This document shows, piece after piece, positions 59,335-64,000 of a stretch of 64,000 nt of DNA. The translations under genes were made by a program, and so were the position numbers. The notes beneath the pieces are model-generated. The model was given only the letters and a program-made list of their open reading frames with translations. It had not been told where the DNA came from and did no database searches. Each line of letters begins with the position of its first letter. The stretch's first letter is position 1. Source of the stretch: Eledone cirrhosa (lineage: Eukaryota); assembly GCA_964016885.1 (NCBI GenBank), contig OZ024749.1, positions 14,632,001 to 14,696,000 on the forward strand, given 5' to 3'.

Positions 59335-62300
59335 TCAGACTTGTAATTGGATAATATTTAATATTATCCACATTTTTTATGTATATATATATATATATAT
59401 GAATGAGATTCTACAGGACTAGAACTGTTTCATTCTTTAGAAATCATTAGGAATCTGAGTATCAAAAAATAAATATGGTATTTAAATATGTATTTAAATA
59501 CCATATTTATTTTTTGATACCCAAATTCCTGATGATTTCTAAAGAATGAAACAGTTCTAGTCCTGTAGAATCTCATCTATATTAAAACTTTTATACTCTG
59601 CTATGTATTGAGTACCTTACTTACTGTGGTTACCTCCGATTCAACCCGGAATAACGCACCTATATATATATATATACACGAGGGCAATCCCAAAAGTAAG
59701 GTCTCCTTCCGATATTGCAACTTTTCCGTTAAAATCCTGTGGATGGTGCTTCGAGAAACCTCAGGAACCAAAATGCAGAGAGCATCCAGAGTGATCCGCC
59801 GATCTTTACGCATGTTTTCCTCGGAAGGCGACCTTACTTTTGGGATTGCTCTCTATATAATAACTGCCCGAAATTCGCACTTGGCTGTAGCGTTCAACGG
59901 GAGCTCCATTCTCAACAGCTGCCAAGCCAAGATTGAGCATCCCAGCGAAGCGCGCACATGCTTGTTTGGGAGTGAAGGAAGCACCAATCACCTCAGTGTT
60001 GCCAACAGCCGTACGAACAGTTTCTCTGCGTCCCCATTGCTTTGGAGACTTTACTTTTGGGATTACCCTCGTATATACACATACATATATAGGCACACAC
60101 ACCAAACCCCAAAGATCTACTTTATAATATATCTGGGTTAAAAGAGATGAACTGCTTACCCCATCGTAAATGTAAAGATGTAGCTTTTGGTTTGCCCTGA
60201 AGTTTTGGAGGTTGACTTTGGCCCGGAATCACAGCAGGAGTCGTTATTGAAGTGGGGTCTGAAAACTGGGGACAGACAACAATTTTGGTCAAAAGACATT
60301 TCTTTTATGTCAAGAAGAGTTTCAGCTGACAATTTTAAAACATTAAACTATCAGGAATGTATCACTTAATTATGTAGTAGTAGTAGTAGGTGGTGGTGGT
60401 AGAAGTGGTAGCAGTAGTAGTGGTGGTGGTAGTAGTGGTAGTGGTGTGGTAGTAGTAGTAGTGGTAGTAACAGTAGTTGTGATAGTAGTGGTAGTAGCAG
60501 TAATTGTGATAGTAGTGGTGGTAGCAGTAGTGGTGGTAGCAGTAGTAGTGGTAGTAGTTGTGGTAGTGGTTGTAGTAGTAGTAGTAGTTGTGGTAGTAGT
60601 AGTAGCAGTGGTGATAATAGTAGTAGTAGCAGTGGTGATAATAATAGTAGTAGCAGCAGCAGTAGAAGTAGTTGTGGTAGTAGTAAGTAGTAGTGGTAGT
60701 AGTAGTAGCGGTGGTGAAAATAGTAATAATAGTAGTAGTAGTAGTTACTCTCTCTCCAAGTCCATTCTATATAGATGTAAATTGGTAACATCATCAAGAC
60801 TGTCAACAGTCAGTCTACCTAGCTGTAAGTAGGCACCACATCATCAAGACTGTCAACAGTCAGTCTACCTAGCTGTAAGTAGGCACCACATCATCAAGAC
60901 TGTCAACAGTCAGTCTACCTAGCTGTAAGTAGGCACCACATCATCAAGACTGTCAACAGTCAGTCTACCTAGCTGTAAGTAGGCACCACATCATCAAGAC
61001 TGTCAACAGTCAGTCTACCTAGCTGTAAGTAGGCACCACATCATCAAGACTGTCAACAGTCAGTCTACCTAGCTGTAAGTAGGCACCACATCATCAAGAC
61101 TGTCAACAGTCAGTCTACCTAGCTGTAAGTAGGCACCAGATTACTATAGCAGCTTTTTAGATAAATATAAACACTTTAACCCTTTCATTACAATATTTCT
61201 AATGAAAGATACTGTGTGTGGTTTTTAGATAATTTTGAAAATAAACAAGAATTTGGAGGTGTGTGGCGTTTAGGGAATTTGGCTCACGATTGTAAGGTCA
61301 AGAGTTCAATTCCCGATGATGGGAGGGGGGGGGGAGGCGCTGTGTCCTTATTTTACGTTGCTTCAGTCCACTCAGCTGGCAAAAATGAATTGTACCTATA
61401 ATTCGAAGGACCAGACTCGTCACATTCTGTGTTATGCTGAATCTCCCTAAGAACTTCGTTAAGTGTATGCATGTCTGTGGAATGCTCAGCCAATTGCATG
61501 TAAATTTCATGAGCAGGCTGTTCCATTGATTGGATCAACTGGAACACTCGTGGTCGTAACTGACGGAGTGCCTCCCTAACTTTCTCATAATTAAGCTGGT
61601 GTTTGGAACATAACTTAACAAAGGTTCCTACATAAAATTAGGATAAGAAGTTTTTAGATAAATATAAACACTTTAACCCTTTCATTACCATATTTATAAT
61701 AAAAGACACTGCCCATGGTTTTCGGATAATTTTGAAAGTATTCAAGAATTTGGAGGAATTTAGGAAAAATAACTTTCCTATTATTAAGTTGGTGTTTGGA
61801 ACATAACTTAACAAAGGTTCTTTCATAAAATTATGATGGAAGGATTTTAGATAAATATAAACAATTTAACTCTTTAGTATTTACAATACTCTATATATAC
61901 TATTGTATTTTCACAGTATAGGCTTTACCTCACATAATATCAAATCTATGAGATTTTGATGTTATTTATTTTTAGAACAATATCTTAACCCTTTAGCATT
62001 CACATTACTCTATATATACTATTATATTTTCATGGTAAAGGCTTTACCTCACATAACATTCACATTACTCTATATATACTATTATATTTTCAAGGTAAAG
62101 ACTTTACCTCACATAACATTCACATTACTCTATATATACTAATGTATTTTCATGGTAAAGGCTTTACCACATTACTCTATATATACTATTATATTTTCAT
62201 GGTAAAGACTTTACCTCACATAACATTCACATTACTCTATATATACTATTATATTTTCATGGTAAAGGCTTTACCTCACATAACATTCACATTACTCTAT

Positions 62301-62885
62301 ATATACTATTATATTTTCATGGTAAAGGCTTTACCTCACATAACATTCACATTACTCTATATATACTATTATATTTTCATGGTAAAGGCTTTACCACACA
62401 TAATTATCTCACATAATATCGAATCTATGAGATTTTGAAAGTATTTATTTTGAGAACAATACCTTAACATCAGTTTGAGTGACTAGTTACAGCCAGTTTC
62501 AACAGAAAGAGGTAGAGAATTCTGGCAGGTTTGAACACTAAAGGGTTAATGTTGGTATAAGCAGCTGGTTTGAACAGAAATAGGTGAGAGAATTCTGGCT
62601 GGATATGGCCAGTTTAAATGCTAACGAGTTAAAACAGTTTTGTATCAGAGAATCATGGTTGGTTTTAGGTGGCCTGGTATCAAAAGGGTTTAATTTGACT
62701 AGCACCTCAAATCAAGCCTCAATAGGGTCAACCAATGTTTTGGTTTAATATTTAGGGGCCATGTGTACTTACATTACTTTTACCTCCTGGTCCCGAACAT
62801 GAAACATGGATACTGTATGTATTTCCAGGGGTCAAGCCATCACAGGAACATTCCAGATCAGCCCCATTATAAATATTTCGGAAAC
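43988..62885 (-). CDS. FNDC3A: FNDC3A/FNDC3B-family fibronectin type III domain protein, 3' part (10 exons, 5' end outside window)
   Basis: Manually spliced 10 exons, all GT-AG with matching phases (1736 nt). Translation gives successive FN3 repeats and a C-terminal [28 protein letters not shown] tail anchor, collinear with human FNDC3B as I recall it (TDEQFAAIIVLGFATLSILFAFILQYFL). A versus B paralog cannot be resolved; probably the single invertebrate ortholog. Confidence 0.93.
44374..44583. mobile_element. piggyBac-type MITE
   Basis: TTAA-CC(C)TTTAGCATT...AATG(C)TAAAGGG-TTAA; copies at 44775 and 61989. Confidence 0.8.
44702..45133. mobile_element. Tc1/mariner-type MITE containing a nested piggyBac MITE (44775-44992)
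   Basis: TA-CAGAGTCTGCCAATAAAA...TTTTATTGGCAGACTCTG-TA. Confidence 0.8.
45341..46398. repeat. 40-bp minisatellite (GTTATACTAAAATATCAGGTGTCCTAATACAGTCAAGATA), about 26 copies, intronic
   Basis: Direct inspection. Confidence 0.97.
46453..46586 (-). CDS. FNDC3A: FNDC3 exon ([15 protein letters not shown]...GEHEYKS)
   Basis: Acceptor attttcag, donor gtaaga; 134 nt, phase 1 to 0. Confidence 0.92.
46826..46992 (-). CDS. FNDC3A: FNDC3 exon ([55 protein letters not shown])
   Basis: Acceptor ttctctag, donor gtaacc; 167 nt, phase 2 to 1; not in the ORF track. Confidence 0.92.
47161..47850. mobile_element. Cluster of SINE family B pieces in both orientations
   Basis: Head, core and type 1 tail motifs. 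Confidence 0.7.
47860..47986. mobile_element. Tc1-like MITE
   Basis: TA-CAGGGTGGACCAAAAGTC...GACTGTTGGTCCATCCTG-TA. Confidence 0.8.
48177..48255. mobile_element. 80-bp Tc1/mariner-type MITE
   Basis: Imperfect palindrome flanked by TA. Confidence 0.6.
48259..48798. mobile_element. Hairpin element with 110-bp arms, interrupted by a SINE family B copy (48388-48582)
   Basis: 48259-48368 is the reverse complement of 48688-48798. Confidence 0.75.
48911..49131 (+). mobile_element. tRNA-headed CORE-like SINE family B (tail type 2), full length
   Basis: A box TGGCTGAGTGG, B box GAGTTCGATTCC, core GTCCTTGAGCAAGACACTT. Confidence 0.85.
49315..49652 (+). mobile_element. SINE 3' part (tail type 1) with an internal triplicated unit of about 47 bp
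   Basis: AAAAAGCACCCAGGCCACACTGTAAAGTGGTTGTGTAGGTGTCA repeated three times. Confidence 0.7.
49815..50015 (-). CDS. FNDC3A: FNDC3 exon ([15 protein letters not shown]...[24 protein letters not shown]...GRDDK)
   Basis: Acceptor ctctttcag, donor gtgagt; 201 nt, phase 2 to 2; SLKLKWGD motif. Confidence 0.93.
50057..50917 (-). repeat. 52-64 bp tandem array made of the FNDC3 exon end plus 5' splice site (15 donors: one genuine, 14 copies)
   Basis: Minus-strand unit CTCTCACCTGACACTCT(CT)ACAG|GTGAG(T/C)ATTGTTG(C/T)TACATTACACACAC(TC)n. Confidence 0.95.
50895..51148 (-). CDS. FNDC3A: FNDC3 exon ([12 protein letters not shown]...[17 protein letters not shown]...LSPDTLY)
   Basis: Acceptor tcttgcag, donor gtgagt; 254 nt, phase 0 to 2; close to FNDC3B WEEPCNNGSEILAY. 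Confidence 0.93.
51682..52333 (+). mobile_element. Second copy of the deleted mariner (same YDPE/GTRF junction), further rearranged
   Basis: TA-flanked TIRs matching 27132-28025; [28 protein letters not shown]. Confidence 0.92.
52601..52980 (-). mobile_element. Full-length SINE family B (tRNA head, core, tail type 1)
   Basis: Head GAGGCACATGGCTTAGTGGTTAGAG to (GAT)n tail. Confidence 0.85.
53030..53182 (+). mobile_element. Dong/R4-like non-LTR 3' end
   Basis: [20 protein letters not shown]-terminal motif and TAA-rich tail; similar piece at about 51280-51345. Confidence 0.6.
53183..53577 (-). mobile_element. Two adjacent SINE family A copies
   Basis: Core and B box present twice. Confidence 0.8.
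53716..55272. repeat. 30-bp minisatellite, about 52 units, with 60-bp and 300-bp higher-order structure
   Basis: GCATGTGTTCAACAGTGTAACTACCTGTGT and variants; TTCTAGAG marker units recur 300 bp apart (about 53787, 54087, 54387). Confidence 0.97.
55289..55363 (-). CDS. FNDC3A: FNDC3 exon ([25 protein letters not shown])
   Basis: Acceptor tctttacag, donor gtaagt; 75 nt, phase 0 to 0. Confidence 0.9.
56072..56923 (+). mobile_element. Non-autonomous Helitron
   Basis: A|TCTATATAT start; CCGAGCAACGCCGGG hairpin plus CTAG|T end; internal sub-repeats. Confidence 0.8.
57019..57210 (-). CDS. FNDC3A: FNDC3 exon ([23 protein letters not shown]...[16 protein letters not shown])
   Basis: Acceptor ttctatag, donor gtaaca; 192 nt, phase 0 to 0; [14 protein letters not shown]. 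Confidence 0.92.
57794..58119. repeat. 10-bp tandem repeat (CTAACRTGTT) inside the mariner 5' region
   Basis: Direct inspection. Confidence 0.95.
58327..58872 (+). repeat. 78-bp tandem repeat, 7 copies, of the transposase C-terminal segment
   Basis: 546 bp = 7 x 78, in frame. Confidence 0.97.
58995..59167 (-). CDS. FNDC3A: FNDC3 exon ([13 protein letters not shown]...[19 protein letters not shown])
   Basis: Acceptor attacag, donor gtaagt; 173 nt, phase 1 to 0; PP..DGGSPVT.Y FN3 signature. Confidence 0.93.
59403..59576. repeat. Near-perfect 174-bp palindrome with a hammerhead-like core
   Basis: Arms meet at TATGTA; CTGATGA-TTTC(TAAA)GAAT-GAAAC at 59529-59552. Confidence 0.85.
59679..60071. 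mobile_element. Mariner-derived composite MITE with three TIR copies
   Basis: CGAGGGCAATCCCAAAAGTAAGGTC at 59679; inverse copies at about 59829-59853 and 60044-60071; [27 protein letters not shown] helix-turn-helix fragment. Confidence 0.8.
60160..60265 (-). CDS. FNDC3A: FNDC3 exon ([35 protein letters not shown])
   Basis: Not in the ORF track. Acceptor cccag, donor gtaagc; 106 nt, phase 0 to 1; matches the FNDC3 linker PGQC.PP...G.PK...LHL.W. Confidence 0.9.
60372..60745. repeat. (GTA/GTG)n low-complexity tract
   Basis: Direct inspection. Confidence 0.9.
60788..61137. repeat. Perfect 50-bp tandem repeat, 7 copies
   Basis: ACATCATCAAGACTGTCAACAGTCAGTCTACCTAGCTGTAAGTAGGCACC, identical copies. 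Confidence 0.97.
61255..61573 (+). mobile_element. SINE family B-like head with tail type 3, inserted in a duplicated AT-rich repeat (61155-61255 / 61650-61860)
   Basis: B box GAGTTCAATTCC; CAGTCCACTCAGCTGGCAAAAATGA core. Confidence 0.7.
61989..62545. mobile_element. piggyBac-type MITE expanded by an internal 60-bp tandem repeat (about 7 copies, 61997-62402)
   Basis: TTAA-CCCTTTAGCATT...CTAAAGGG-TTAA; inverse of the 44374 and 44775 family. Confidence 0.85.
62773..62885 (-). CDS. FNDC3A: FNDC3 exon ([37 protein letters not shown])
   Basis: Acceptor ttctttccag, donor gtaagt; 113 nt, phase 1 to 0; FN3 L.PG..Y motif. Confidence 0.9.
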
Positions 62886-62934
62886 CTGGAAAGAAAGAAA
62901 GAGAGAAGAGGGGTAATGGAAACTGTAAGAAAGT

Positions 62935-63216
62935 CATCATAGTCATCATCATCACCACCATCACCTTCACCACTACCACCACCACCACCACCACCTTCAC
63001 CACTACCATCATCCACATCAACACCATCACCACAATCATCATTACCACCACTACCACCAGTATCACCATCACTATCATCATTATCATTACCACCACCACC
63101 ACAAACTCTTTTCAGTGTACTCTGTGTAATTTATCATGGCAGCAGTGGTGGTGGTGGTAGTAGTAGTAGTGATGGTGGTGGTGGTAGTAGTAGTGATGGT
63201 GGTGGTGGTGGTGGTG

Positions 63217-63251
<35 letters not shown>

Positions 63252-63500
63252 GATGGTGGTGGTGGTAGTAGTAGTAGTAGTGGCGGTGGTAGTGGTAGTA
63301 GTGGTGGTGGGGGTGGTAGTAGTGGTGATGGTGGTAGTGTTTTCTGTTTTCTATCTATTTTAGATGACCATGTTAAGATACCATTGCTGATACAACCATC
63401 ACCACATCACCATGACTACCACACCACCACCACCACCATACCAACTCTGCTACCACCAACACTTCGATGACCACCACCACCACCATACCACCACTAATAT
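62935..63500. repeat. Opposed (CAC/CAT)n and (GTG/GTA)n low-complexity tracts
   Basis: Direct inspection. Confidence 0.85.
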
Positions 63501-63667
63501 AATCATTGCTTTGCAATTCCAGACAGGACTGGAGGGCATTAGAGAGAGAGGGAGAAAGAGAGAGAGAGGGAGAGCATGTAATACATTAGTGCTCGTTAAG
63601 TACCTCGTTGTCTTTGGCTGTTTACATTCAATATTGAATCAGTGGAAGTTTGTCTGTGTGTCTGTGA

Positions 63668-64000
63668 ATTGACCAGTGCAGGCCAGAGACATCTAGTGGT
63701 CATCAGTCAATTATGTTGGTCAGATTTCTCGACATAACTTTTTCCCCTTCAGTGAACAAGGTGAGAAACATGAGCTGACCAGTGCTGGCCACCAGATCAC
63801 CAGGCCAAAGATATCTAGTGGTCATCAGCCAAGTATGTCGGTCACATATCTGGACATAACTTTTTCCCCTTCAGTGAATAAGGTGAGAAACATGAACTGA
63901 CCAGCTCAGGCCACCAGGCCAGAGATATCTAGTGGTCATCAGCTAATAATCTTGCTCACATTTCTGGACATAACTTTTTCCCCTTCAGTGAACAAAGTGA
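63668..64000. repeat. Diverged tandem repeat of about 105-120 bp (3 or more copies, runs off the window end)
   Basis: ATCTAGTGGTCATCAG...GACATAACTTTTTCCCCTTCAGTGAA repeated. Confidence 0.85.

Overview
Eukaryotic, very repeat-rich genomic window. The SINE families, huge (TA)n/(CATA)n and (CAC)n tracts and gene structure point to a cephalopod, probably Octopus; this assignment is inference. The only protein-coding gene I can support is the 3' part of an FNDC3A/B-family gene (tandem FN3 domains plus C-terminal transmembrane tail anchor) on the minus strand. It has 10 GT-AG exons between 62885 and 43988 with consistent phases (1736 nt, about 577 aa to the stop); its 5' exons lie beyond the window end. 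The rest is transposon debris and tandem repeats: mariner derivatives including an HsMar2-like one, two Helitrons, piggyBac and Tc1 MITEs, RTE and Dong/R4 LINE ends, tRNA-derived SINEs, Penelope-like hairpins carrying hammerhead-ribozyme cores, a truncated tRNA-Asp, many minisatellites and a 200-N gap. Most notable: (1) one FNDC3 intron consists almost wholly of 14 tandem copies of its own exon end and 5' splice site, each able to fold into a hairpin with a U1-mimicking sequence; (2) another intron reads in frame from the exon into a 544-aa His-rich repeat followed by AATAAA; (3) there are several intact-looking minimal hammerhead ribozymes; (4) exon edges and transposon ends have repeatedly been converted into minisatellites. 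Nearly all long ORFs in the supplied track are repeat artefacts.
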